Positions 55,871 through 64,000 of a stretch of 64,000 nt of DNA are shown piece after piece. Both the position numbers and the translations under genes were made by a program. The DNA is from Patescibacteria group bacterium (GTDB lineage: Bacteria > Patescibacteriota > Patescibacteriia > JACRDY01). Position 1 is the stretch's first letter; each line of letters starts with the position of its first letter. The notes beneath the pieces were generated by a model. That model saw only the letters and a program-made list of their open reading frames with translations. It searched no databases and had not been told where the DNA came from. The stretch covers positions 7,209 through 71,208 of the forward strand of contig JBAZFH010000002.1 of the NCBI GenBank assembly GCA_041653535.1, read 5' to 3'.

Positions 55871-56218
55871 ATGCTAAGCAAAGAATTTCGAATAAGAAAA
55901 GACAAAGAAATAAAAACCATTCTCGGTAAGGGCAAGGGTTTTTATAGTAAAGTTTTTGGTATCAAGTTTTTGCCAAACCAAGCCGCGGTTAGCAGGTTTT
56001 GCTTTGTGGTTTCTAATAAAGTGAGTAAACAAGCAACTAAACGTAATACCCTAAAAAGAAAAGTAAACGAGATAATCAGACTCAACCTTAAAAAAATTAA
56101 ACCCGGAATTGATTTAGTGATCATGGCCAGAACTGGCGCTGATATTTTGAGCAAAGACTACAAAGAGTTGGAGCGAGAACTGTTTTGGGCTCTAAATAAA
56201 AGCGGTCTGACAAAATAA
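55871..56218 (+). CDS. rnpA: ribonuclease P protein component
   Basis: Basic 115-aa protein with RNR-type motif region ([14 protein letters not shown]). Confidence 0.85.
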   Translation: MLSKEFRIRKDKEIKTILGKGKGFYSKVFGIKFLPNQAAVSRFCFVVSNKVSKQATKRNTLKRKVNEIIRLNLKKIKPGIDLVIMARTGADILSKDYKELERELFWALNKSGLTK

Positions 56219-56219
56219 T

Positions 56220-56492
56220 ATGAAAACTCTAGAAAAAATATTTTTCCCTTTACGACTGTTTGTGGTTTTTTTGATTAATATTTATCAGAAAGTTTTGTCT
56301 TTTGATCACAGTCCGGCAGGAAAGGCGATGTTTCCTCACGGGTTTTGTCGTTATAGTCCGACTTGTTCCGAGTATGGCAAACAAGCGATATTGAAACACG
56401 GTTTAATAAAAGGTGGTTGGCTGGCGACGTATAGAGTTTTTCGCTGCAATCCGTGGTCGAAGGGCGGATACGATCCAGTACCGGAGGATTAG
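56220..56492 (+). CDS. yidD: membrane protein insertion efficiency factor YidD
   Basis: [11 protein letters not shown] / RCNPW motifs. Confidence 0.85.
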   Translation: MKTLEKIFFPLRLFVVFLINIYQKVLSFDHSPAGKAMFPHGFCRYSPTCSEYGKQAILKHGLIKGGWLATYRVFRCNPWSKGGYDPVPED

Positions 56493-56614
56493 TATATAGG
56501 GGTTGGTATATAGTATATAGGGAAAAATACAAAAATTTATAGAATAAAAAATCGAGGCACTCCCTCGTTTTTTATTTTACTATAAGCATAAAAGCTATGG
56601 GCTACTAGCCGTTC

Positions 56615-56842
56615 TTACATCTGTATTTCAATAGTTTTGTCTTTGCCGCGCAGACCTTTTACGATTACAATGTTGCTTTTGGCAACTTTAAACTCTTCGG
56701 AAATAAGTTCTATTACCTGATCGTTGGCTTTACCCGCAGTAGGGGCGGCAGTAACGCGCACTTTCCAGGCGCCACTGGGTTCTTTGATAATTTCATTTTT
56801 ATTAGCCCTAGCGGCTACTCTTATTTTTAATCTAAACATCAT
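56615..56842 (-). CDS. DUF167 (YggU-family) protein
   Basis: 75 aa, ...VRVTAAPTAGKANDQVIELISEEF...IVKGLRGKDKTIEI. Confidence 0.7.
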   Translation of the reverse strand: MMFRLKIRVAARANKNEIIKEPSGAWKVRVTAAPTAGKANDQVIELISEEFKVAKSNIVIVKGLRGKDKTIEIQM

Positions 56843-56854
56843 ACCTATTATTTT

Positions 56855-57283
56855 TTATAATACCTCTTTAATGCTTTTTTTATATTTTTTCTTATCGGCA
56901 ATAAGTAAAAATATAAAAATCACGGCGGTAATAACTATGGCAACTAGGTACCAACCAACGGCAACTGTCATGCCAATAGCGGCTGCTACCCAAATATCGG
57001 CAGCAGTGGTTAGTCCCCGAACCTCTCCTTTTTGTACTATAATCATGCCGGCACCAAGAAAACCGATGCCGACAACTATTTGCGCGGCGATTCTCGTAGG
57101 ATCAACAATCGCTCCGAAAAAACCATAAACAGATAACAGTGTAAAGAGTGCCGAACCAAGAGCTACCAAAGCGTGGGTTTTAGTGCCGGCGGCTTTTTCG
57201 GCAATATTTTTACGCTCCCATCCCAGCAATCCTCCTAAAACAGCGGCGAGCAAGACCTTAGCTAAAATAATGATTTGAGACAT
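56855..57283 (-). CDS. MgtC/SapB-family membrane protein
   Basis: LGWERK motif, 4 TM. Confidence 0.8.
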   Translation of the reverse strand: MSQIIILAKVLLAAVLGGLLGWERKNIAEKAAGTKTHALVALGSALFTLLSVYGFFGAIVDPTRIAAQIVVGIGFLGAGMIIVQKGEVRGLTTAADIWVAAAIGMTVAVGWYLVAIVITAVIFIFLLIADKKKYKKSIKEVL

Positions 57284-57289
57284 AATTTT

Positions 57290-57781
57290 TTATAAGTATA
57301 AAATTTTTAATTCTGCTTCGTGTTTTTCTGTATCATAGACGGCAAAAGTCGGTTTGGCAAATAGACCTGCCAGAGTGCCCGGATTTAGTAGTTTGGTTTC
57401 CCCGATGGTTTCTTCCCATGGTTTATGGTTGTGACCGTAAAAAACTACATCATATTTTTTGGTGGTGGCTAGCTCTCTGGCTTTTTCCGGTTGGTGGGTA
57501 AAAGCGATTTTGATTTCCTTGATTTCTAGTTCGCCGACATCGCCAAGTAAATGGGTATTAGGTGTGGCTAATTTTTGCATAACCTCTTTATCGCCGTCGA
57601 CATTACCAAAAGCTAAATATACTTCTCCGTCAAAATTTTCACCCAAATATTTCAAAACGCTCGGCGCGCAAACATCGCCGCAATGGATGATGGTTTTTAT
57701 TCCTTCAGCTTTAACAATCCGCAACATCTCGTCGATGTTTGGGATATTGTCATGGGAGTCGGAGATAATGGCAAATAGCAT
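57290..57781 (-). CDS. YfcE-like metallophosphoesterase
   Basis: SDSHDN, HCGDV, GNVD, GHNH motifs; start at internal ATG (MLFAII). Confidence 0.8.
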   Translation of the reverse strand: MLFAIISDSHDNIPNIDEMLRIVKAEGIKTIIHCGDVCAPSVLKYLGENFDGEVYLAFGNVDGDKEVMQKLATPNTHLLGDVGELEIKEIKIAFTHQPEKARELATTKKYDVVFYGHNHKPWEETIGETKLLNPGTLAGLFAKPTFAVYDTEKHEAELKILYL

Positions 57782-57937
57782 ATTGGTAGTTGGTAGGTGG
57801 TAGTCGGGGTTAGTTAGGGAGCGACCCTGCATGTGCGGGGTTATCGTGATTGGCGCATTTAATAACCAAATTTCCAGTTTCTAATTTCAAGTTTTTTGTC
57901 TTTGTAGCGTCAAAATAAAGAAATCAGAAATTGGAAA

Positions 57938-58783
57938 TTAAGAGTCTCTTAGATGTTTTAGAAACTTTATATCACGTTTTCTTTTTTCGTCGCTGGGGGT
58001 TTCTAGGATCATGTTAACTTTTTTTAGCTTAGAATTTCGGACGATAGCAGTGATCCCCTCTTTACCGATTTTACCGTCACCAAGATCGGCGTGGCGATCT
58101 TTTTTGGAATTCAGTTCAGTCAGCGAATCGTTGAGGTGCATTAGGTTTAAAAATTTTAAACCAATTTTTTGATCAAAAGTCTTTAGAGTTTTTTCTATAG
58201 CGGCTTTGTTTCTCCAGTCGTAGCCGGAGGCAAATGAGTGGCAAGTATCGAGACAGACGCCGATTTCCGCCTTAGGAAGCTTTTTTAGGATACCCTTGAT
58301 AATCGTACCAATTTCTTCGAATTCATCTCCAATGATTTCCCCGCTGCCGGCCGAGTTTTCGATCAGGAGTTCGGTGGTTCCTTCGTAGTCTTCCAAAACC
58401 TTGATTAAACCCTCGATGGTTTGTTTGATTGCCGGCGTTCGACCCAAGTCTTTGGCACTACCCAGGTGGGTCATGAGGTATTTCACGCCAAGCAGTGAGC
58501 AGCGTTCCAGTTCTTCACGAATAACCGAGATAGAACCATAGCGAACACGGCTGTTACCTGAAGCAAAATTTATAAAATAAGGAGCGTGGACATAAGCTTC
58601 AGCTTGTTGGTAGTTTTTACACGCTTCTTTAAAATCTTTCACTGTTTTAGGAGTAATAGTCGCGGCTGGTCCGCCCTGTGGCGGTCGGGTGAAAAATTGA
58701 AAAACCTCGCAATTGATAGAAGCGGCATTGGTCGGGGCGTTTGCTGCTCCGCCGGCAGCAGAGATGTGAGCGCCAAATTTCAT
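57938..58783 (-). CDS. nfo: endonuclease IV (AP endonuclease family 2)
   Basis: MKFGAHIS...HAPYFINFAS...; TIM-barrel Zn-site residues. Confidence 0.9.
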   Translation of the reverse strand: MKFGAHISAAGGAANAPTNAASINCEVFQFFTRPPQGGPAATITPKTVKDFKEACKNYQQAEAYVHAPYFINFASGNSRVRYGSISVIREELERCSLLGVKYLMTHLGSAKDLGRTPAIKQTIEGLIKVLEDYEGTTELLIENSAGSGEIIGDEFEEIGTIIKGILKKLPKAEIGVCLDTCHSFASGYDWRNKAAIEKTLKTFDQKIGLKFLNLMHLNDSLTELNSKKDRHADLGDGKIGKEGITAIVRNSKLKKVNMILETPSDEKRKRDIKFLKHLRDS

Positions 58784-58835
58784 ATGTCTTAATTTTAGCA
58801 GGTTGATAAGAGGATAGGAAGGTAGGAGAATAGGA

Positions 58836-58873
58836 AAAGAAAAACCCCGTTCTGCACAATGGCGAGAACGGGG
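58836..58873 (-). terminator. intrinsic terminator CCCCGTTCTCGCCATTGTGCAGAACGGGG plus T-run (copy 1 of duplicated terminator)
   Basis: Near-identical copy at 60200..60243. Confidence 0.6.
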
Positions 58874-58892
58874 TAGTATAAGTGTATGGTGG

Positions 58893-59534
58893 CTATTGAA
58901 GTAACATGCGGAGCAGGTCCTGCACCGCGTAGTATTTGGGGTTTATCAACATCAACACCGCGTCGGCGGTGCGACTGAGCGCCCATATAGTGTCGAGAAA
59001 AAGAATAATCAGTGGCAACAGCGTAGCGATAAAACCCCGCCAGCCTTTATCAGTAATACTTCCATCTTCAGAAAAATCGTCGCCATCGGGGTATTTTTTC
59101 CAGAAAATTCGGATTACCCCCATATAGACGATGGAAAGGAGAAATAGTCCCCAGGGAACGACCAAAAGGGAAATCCCCTTGGCGTATTGTTGGCGGACCA
59201 TAATCTCCCACACTTCCGGCGCAACGCCCTCCACCACCTTGGCGATGGTGCCAACGAGATTGCCGATCATATCCAAGGCTTTGTCAGCGATTCCAACAAC
59301 TGTGGTCGGAGTTTGTTGAGGAGGCTCTTTTTCGGTCGGGGTGGTAACGCCAAACATTTCCCCGAGCTCTTTCAAGCTCTCCTTGGCTTCCCCTTTTTGT
59401 TCAGGGGAAAAAACTTGGCCGCCGTCCACGGTAGGGGTTGCCTCCGGTGCCGGAACAGTGCTCGCCACGGCAGCAGCATTGTATGATAAAAACGCGAAGA
59501 CAAAAATAAAGAAAGAAATCATGAAGCGTTTCAT
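58893..59534 (-). CDS. secreted/membrane protein, paralog of 60263..60805
   Basis: Signal peptide, P/T-rich linker, amphipathic segment ALDMIGNLVGTIAKVVEG, two TM, C-terminus INPKYYAVQDLLRMLLQ. Confidence 0.6.
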   Translation of the reverse strand: MKRFMISFFIFVFAFLSYNAAAVASTVPAPEATPTVDGGQVFSPEQKGEAKESLKELGEMFGVTTPTEKEPPQQTPTTVVGIADKALDMIGNLVGTIAKVVEGVAPEVWEIMVRQQYAKGISLLVVPWGLFLLSIVYMGVIRIFWKKYPDGDDFSEDGSITDKGWRGFIATLLPLIILFLDTIWALSRTADAVLMLINPKYYAVQDLLRMLLQ

Positions 59535-59558
59535 TGGCTTACTCCTTTTACGGTTTAT

Positions 59559-60065
59559 TTAATGGTTTGCCATAAGCTGTTTGAATCTTCCCAGAGCGAC
59601 CGGATTGGATAATCCGACCGCTTCTACGATTGCATTAATATCTTTTTTCTCTCGTTTTTTGCGGAGGTGGGAAACGATCGAAATGTAGAGTTTGTCGGGG
59701 TAGTCTTTTTCCCGCAAAAGATACCCCAAAAATTTACCTAGAAATTCGTTGCTGAAATCCATGACGAGCGGCGGCAGATAGCCGTTATTGAACATAAACG
59801 AAATACCCGCCCTCCTTTTAAGGCTGAATAATACATCCAACCATTTTTGGCTGTCGTTTTTTTTAAGAACGGTTATTGTCTTTACGATCAGGTCTTGAAC
59901 CTCGGCATCCCGCCGTTTTTTTCCAATGAATGCGTAGTGGATGATCCATCCCACTACATAAAGAGCGGGAGCGCCGATGCTGAAAAGCATTGTCCAGCCG
60001 CCGAGCACTTGAAAGGCAATCGCGGAAACCAGAACGTAGGCAACCAAAAGCAACACCTTTTTCAT
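59559..60065 (-). CDS. hypothetical membrane-anchored protein
   Basis: N-terminal 2 TM, basic soluble C-terminal domain. Confidence 0.5.
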   Translation of the reverse strand: MKKVLLLVAYVLVSAIAFQVLGGWTMLFSIGAPALYVVGWIIHYAFIGKKRRDAEVQDLIVKTITVLKKNDSQKWLDVLFSLKRRAGISFMFNNGYLPPLVMDFSNEFLGKFLGYLLREKDYPDKLYISIVSHLRKKREKKDINAIVEAVGLSNPVALGRFKQLMANH

Positions 60066-60199
60066 TATTCATATCCTCCGTTTTTGTCGGTAGTTTTCAA
60101 AAAACATTCATTTTAGTGAATATGTTACATTATCATATATTAACATTTACGTCAAGGGGAAAAAGGTTGGTTAAATTGTTTATAAAATAAAAAAAACAA

Positions 60200-60243
60200 A
60201 GAAAAAAGAAAAACCCCGTTCTGGCGCGATGGCGAGAACGGGG
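60200..60243 (-). terminator. intrinsic terminator (copy 2 of duplicated CCCCGTTCTCGCCAT.G.GC.AGAACGGGG hairpin plus T-run)
   Basis: Downstream of 60263 stop. Confidence 0.6.
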
Positions 60244-60262
60244 CGATGATTGATCTTTGTCC

Positions 60263-60805
60263 CTAACGGATCGCGTTGGACGGATCAAGAGCGATGCGGA
60301 GTAGCTCCTTGGTTGCGTAGTACTCCGCGTTGGTGAGATTCATGACCCCGAACGGGAGCAGAATGAACGCTATAATCCCAGTGATCACCGCCACAACTAG
60401 GAAGAAAACGGTTATAGAGCTCCATTCATGTTCGCCGTTGTCGTTTTTTTTCATGGTTTTTTTGTCTTCCCGACGGCAGAGCACCGCCAGAACGATGAAA
60501 ATGATGGCGGTGATCGGCATTATCGTGCATTCCAGAATCCCAGCGGTCATGGTCTTTTTTACGAACATCATCCAAATCAAGGGGGATTTTTCCTTGATCT
60601 GGGCGCCGACGACCGTCGCCAACTGGTCAATCATGTTGAGCGCCTTCTCCATTGCGTCACCGACCGTTGCCGGGACCTGCTGGGTGGCGGCAGCGGGTTG
60701 CTGCGGCACAGGTGTCGAATTTTCCGCACCCGTAGAGGCAAAACCGATAACGGCGAATGTGAGAATGGCGATAATCGCGATGGTCAGAACCAATGAACGT
60801 TTCAT
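60263..60805 (-). CDS. secreted/membrane protein, paralog of 58893..59534
   Basis: Signal peptide; ALNMIDQLATVVGAQIKE; C-terminus NAEYYATKELLRIAL. Confidence 0.6.
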   Translation of the reverse strand: MKRSLVLTIAIIAILTFAVIGFASTGAENSTPVPQQPAAATQQVPATVGDAMEKALNMIDQLATVVGAQIKEKSPLIWMMFVKKTMTAGILECTIMPITAIIFIVLAVLCRREDKKTMKKNDNGEHEWSSITVFFLVVAVITGIIAFILLPFGVMNLTNAEYYATKELLRIALDPSNAIR

Positions 60806-60934
60806 CTTTCTCTCCAGTCCAGGGTTTAGATTTGGGGTTTTTTATTGCGGTTTGTTGCTAGTTGTTTAAAAATCAATGATTTATTAGTTTATCATATATT
60901 GATATTTATGTCAATATATTAGCTTAAACCAGCC

Positions 60935-60957
60935 AAAAAACGACCATTTCTGGTCGT
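60935..60957 (-). terminator. intrinsic terminator ACGACCA-TTTC-TGGTCGT plus T-run
   Basis: Downstream of tig stop. Confidence 0.6.
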
Positions 60958-60975
60958 TTCTATAGGGATAACAGT

Positions 60976-62265
60976 TTATTTGATTATTTCCTTTTTCAGA
61001 TGCTCGATCACCTTGCGGTTGGTTAGGGATGTTGCTAGATAGCGGCGATATCCCGGAGATGATAGATTATCTGCAACTTCCGGACTTTGACCATAAACTT
61101 TTTTTATTTCTTCCAGCTCTTTATCTATTTCCTCATCGGTTGCCCAAAGTTTATTTTGATCCGCCACCTTGCGGGCAATCAGTGCTGTCTGGACGCGTTT
61201 TTTTGCTTCCGGCAGTATTTCTTTCTCCAGTTCTTGCTCGGTCTTTTTTAGATGTTTCAGATAATCTTCAAACTTTAATCCTTGATGTTCAATACTGTGT
61301 TCCAGCTCATGAATCATTTTGTGCGCTTCCGCATGGATCATGCTTTCCGGCAGTTCGGAAAATTTAGCTATTTTAATCAACTCATCCAGCATTTCTATTT
61401 CTTGTTTTTGGTTTTCCTTTTCCTCTGCTTCATGGAGTAGATTGTGTTCGATACCTTTTCTTACGTCTTCGATTGTTTGGTAGCCACCGAGAGTCTTGGC
61501 AAAGTCATTATTTAGTTCCGGCAACTCGCGTTTGAAAGTTTCTTTTACTTCCACTTTAAATTTAGCGAGTTTGCCTGCTAGATTTTTGGCATGATAGTCT
61601 TCCGGAAAGCGCAGCTCAAATTCTTTATTTTCATTTTGTGACATGCCGACTATTTGTTCTTCAAATCCTGGGATAAAGCGACCTTCGCCAATAACCAACG
61701 GAAAGTTTTTGCTTGAGCCGCCTTCGATAGCCACGCCGTCGACAAAAACGTCAAAATTCACATTAACTTTGTCGCCCTTTTCCAGCGGACCGAGTTTAAC
61801 GGTTTCTTTGGCGTGAATGTTTTGTAGGTTGGTTAAAATCGTTTCAATTTCTTTAGAATCAATCTTAACGTCTTTTTTGGCAACTTTAATTTTTGAATAA
61901 TCGTCGAGAGTTACTTCCGGCAGCAGGGTGATGATGGCTTTGTAAACCAAAGGATTGTCTGGAGCCATTTTCTCGATATTTATTTGTGGTGATCCAACCA
62001 CGTCGGTGTTAGGCAGCTCTTTTTCCAGAACTTCATAAAGGGTTTTGCCGATTATGTTGTCAGCAGCATGTTGGTAGATAGTCATTTCACCCACTTCTTT
62101 TTTTACCACGTCATAAGGCGCTTTACCCGGGCGAAACCCGGCAATACTTTTCTCAGTAGAAATAATTTCCGCGGCCTTGATCAGATAAGGTTTGGTTTCT
62201 TCGGGAGACACTTCAATGGTAAATTCGATCTGGGCTTTGGATAGTTCTTTTTTAGAGATATTCAT
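60976..62265 (-). CDS. tig: trigger factor
   Basis: Ribosome-binding N-domain, FKBP-like PPIase region (GFRPGKAP...), C-terminal arm. Confidence 0.9.
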   Translation of the reverse strand: MNISKKELSKAQIEFTIEVSPEETKPYLIKAAEIISTEKSIAGFRPGKAPYDVVKKEVGEMTIYQHAADNIIGKTLYEVLEKELPNTDVVGSPQINIEKMAPDNPLVYKAIITLLPEVTLDDYSKIKVAKKDVKIDSKEIETILTNLQNIHAKETVKLGPLEKGDKVNVNFDVFVDGVAIEGGSSKNFPLVIGEGRFIPGFEEQIVGMSQNENKEFELRFPEDYHAKNLAGKLAKFKVEVKETFKRELPELNNDFAKTLGGYQTIEDVRKGIEHNLLHEAEEKENQKQEIEMLDELIKIAKFSELPESMIHAEAHKMIHELEHSIEHQGLKFEDYLKHLKKTEQELEKEILPEAKKRVQTALIARKVADQNKLWATDEEIDKELEEIKKVYGQSPEVADNLSSPGYRRYLATSLTNRKVIEHLKKEIIK

Positions 62266-62269
62266 AAAT

Positions 62270-62303
62270 TAGTGGATAGCAGCTAGTGGCTAGCAGCTAG
62301 GGT
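62270..62303. repeat. left arm of inverted repeat (TAGTGGATAGCAGCTAGTGGCTAGCAGCTAGGG) flanking cassette 2
   Basis: Partner 62753..62784 CCTAGCCGCTAGCTACTAGTCACTAGTAGCTA. Confidence 0.55.
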
Positions 62304-62338
62304 TTAATAATATTTAATAAAAAGTTTAGCAATATTTA

Positions 62339-62764
62339 ATGTTTTATTTGTTATTTTTGTGGTATCTAACTAATATTTGTAAAGCGTATGAACAAAAATC
62401 TTGTAAGGATTTAATTGTTTGGCAGAAAGCGATCAGGTTAACCGTAGAGGTCTACAAGCTAACCGAGTCTTTTCCAAAAAATGAGCTGTTTGGTCTGACA
62501 TCGCAAATGCGTCGGGCTGCCGTATCAATAGTTTCTAATATAGCCGAGGGCTATGAGAGAAGGAGTCAAAGAGAGTTTTTAAGGTTTTTATTAATATCCT
62601 TTGGTTCGGCTGCCGAACTAGAAACGCAAATGATAATTGCCAAGAGCTTAAAGTATAGCAATCAAAAGGCTTTTGTAGAGTCAGAGCAGTTGCTATCGGA
62701 AACCTCCAAGATAACTTTCGCTTTTATCAAAAAGATTAAACTCCGGTTATTTCCTAGCCGCTAG
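62339..62764 (+). CDS. four-helix-bundle protein (TIGR02436 / rRNA-IVS-type), intact
   Basis: ...DLIVWQKAIRLTVEVYKLTESFPKNELFGLTSQMRRAAVSIVSNIAEGYERRSQREFLRFLLISFGSAAELETQMIIAKSL...; N-terminal 20 codons of ORF are probably leader, so the true start is likely later. Confidence 0.75.
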   Translation: MFYLLFLWYLTNICKAYEQKSCKDLIVWQKAIRLTVEVYKLTESFPKNELFGLTSQMRRAAVSIVSNIAEGYERRSQREFLRFLLISFGSAAELETQMIIAKSLKYSNQKAFVESEQLLSETSKITFAFIKKIKLRLFPSR

Positions 62765-62784
62765 CTACTAGTCACTAGTAGCTA
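62753..62784. repeat. right arm of inverted repeat flanking cassette 2 (overlaps stop codon)
   Basis: See left arm. Confidence 0.55.
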
Positions 62785-62836
62785 TTTTTTAGTGAGCCTA
62801 GTTTAGCAAAGGAAAGAAAGAAAGGCAATATCAGGT

Positions 62837-62871
62837 AAAAAAAGAAGCGGTCGATTATACGACCGCTTTTA
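62837..62871. terminator. bidirectional hairpin AGCGGTCG-ATTATA-CGACCGCT flanked by A-run and T-run
   Basis: Between the convergent 62339..62764 (+) and 62855..63136 (-) genes. Confidence 0.5.
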
Positions 62872-63136
62872 AATTTGGTGTTTCTTTTGCCGCCACTGGC
62901 GGTAGTTTTTCCAGCATTTGGTTTTCCGACAATATCTGGAAAAAATTAATAATCGCCGCGTTGTTGTCGAGATGACCCCGCCGGATAGCGTCCAGGGTAC
63001 TGGGGATATTAACATCGCCACCCCTGGTTTTAATTATGCCGTTGTGCACGGCTAGCCTCTCGGGAATTTTTTTATTGGCTACCAGCCAATCTAACAGTTC
63101 CTCCAATGGTAATATACTGAGCTGTAGTTTTGACAT
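62855..63136 (-). CDS. hypothetical protein
   Basis: Start at ATG 63136 with AAGGGGAG RBS; 93 aa. Confidence 0.5.
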   Translation of the reverse strand: MSKLQLSILPLEELLDWLVANKKIPERLAVHNGIIKTRGGDVNIPSTLDAIRRGHLDNNAAIINFFQILSENQMLEKLPPVAAKETPNLKAVV

Positions 63137-63340
63137 TTTATTCTCCCCTTTTCTAGAATAGCAGTTTGAATAAGATACTATATTTGTCAATTTTAGTCAA
63201 GTTTATATAATGGTTAAATAATTTTTTATATTAGTACTTGTATTGACAAAATTTTTTTAAGGTGTTTAAATAAAAGGTCAATAGCATAAAAAATTGTCTG
63301 TTGATGATCTTTTTAACTTTTTAACAAGAGGAGAGGAAAG

Positions 63341-64000
63341 ATGAACCGTTTGTTGATTACTGCAATGGTTGTGATTTTTTTGGTCGTGGGTTTCTCGACA
63401 ATGGTTTTTGCTCAGGACATGAGTGTTCGCGTTCGTTATCTGAACGGCGCGGTCGACCAGGTCGCGGCTTTTGGCGATTGGCGACTCAACGACGTCGTGT
63501 CCGTCGGTCCTTGGGTTTTTGGTAGCGTGACGCAGGTTGAACTTGATGCTGCCGTCAAGGTGAAGCTCGGTAAGAGCGGATTATGGGCGATGCCGGCGTT
63601 TGGTGTTATTTCTGATCCGGTCTCCGGCGCTGCTGTTTATTTGGTGGAAGACCTGATCGTCGGATACAATCAACCTTGGGTTGAGGTCCAGTCGCAGAAT
63701 CTTTTTTCTGATTCTGTCCGATTTGATACGGGTAGTGTTTTTTTTGAACGGGCGTGGGTGCTGTTTGGCAACGCCGATGTAACTCATGTGAAAATCGGCG
63801 CGCAGGTCGAGACGTTTGCGCCGCAAGACATCGACGACAAATTTTTGCGGGCGACAAATAAAGTCGGTCCCAAAGTGTCATTTTTTTTCGCGCCGATGCG
63901 GTTCGATTTCTGGTACGGGCTGGTCACCAACGACCCGACGCCAGACGTGGAAAACGATACCAAACCTACGACTATGTTCTGGGTTTGGGTAAACTTCCCT
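63341..64000 (+). CDS. secreted hypothetical protein, GC-rich, 3'-truncated by window edge
   Basis: GGAGAGGAAAG RBS then ATG; MNRLLITAMVVIFLVVGFSTMVFAQD signal peptide; open to the window end. Confidence 0.6.
   Translation, partial: MNRLLITAMVVIFLVVGFSTMVFAQDMSVRVRYLNGAVDQVAAFGDWRLNDVVSVGPWVFGSVTQVELDAAVKVKLGKSGLWAMPAFGVISDPVSGAAVYLVEDLIVGYNQPWVEVQSQNLFSDSVRFDTGSVFFERAWVLFGNADVTHVKIGAQVETFAPQDIDDKFLRATNKVGPKVSFFFAPMRFDFWYGLVTNDPTPDVENDTKPTTMFWVWVNFP

Noticed and set aside
63581-63881. Two minus-strand ORFs in the GC-rich edge region
   Set aside because: They are antisense to the plus-strand secreted-protein gene, which has RBS, signal peptide and open frame to the window end. Long antisense ORFs are expected at high GC.

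Overview
This is an AT-rich bacterial chromosome segment with a CPR/Patescibacteria-like gene repertoire. That lineage call is inferred from gene content and composition, not from any search. About 70 coding genes are supportable, most on the minus strand. The window spans the replication-origin neighbourhood: dnaA and dnaN on the minus strand, divergent from rpmH-rnpA-yidD, with a perfect DnaA box in the dnaA upstream region. Housekeeping genes include ruvB, yebC, ruvC, trigger factor, endonuclease IV, class A PBP, PGI/PMI-like isomerase, NUDIX hydrolases and a patatin-like lipase. There are three tRNAs: Ser-CGA, Leu-TAA and Gly-GCC. A cell-envelope and surface block holds an O-antigen-ligase-like protein, a Wzx-like flippase, three large GT-C-like polytopic membrane proteins and a 2,047-aa surface protein with a phage-tail-fibre-type S74 chaperone domain. 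Next to the giant gene lie a repeat-bearing surface protein and a LytR_C-like protein. Accessory content includes a HigB/HigA-like toxin-antitoxin pair, a single-chain type IIG-like restriction-modification enzyme beside tRNA-Ser, and two radical SAM/SPASM enzymes. There are also orphan sensor proteins: a Cache domain protein and a Zn-ribbon plus tandem PAS protein. The most unusual structures are: (i) four-helix-bundle (rRNA-IVS-type) genes carried in cassettes flanked by TAG-rich imperfect inverted repeats, one with an in-frame amber codon and a decayed extra copy, inserted between yebC and ruvC; (ii) a ~200-bp repeated peptide-coding fragment that is conserved at the protein level but lacks a start codon, found at two island boundaries; (iii) a 30-bp perfect palindrome in a divergent promoter; (iv) a candidate structured ncRNA, possibly RNase P RNA, ending in a strong terminator. 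No CRISPR array, transposase or integrase was recognised.
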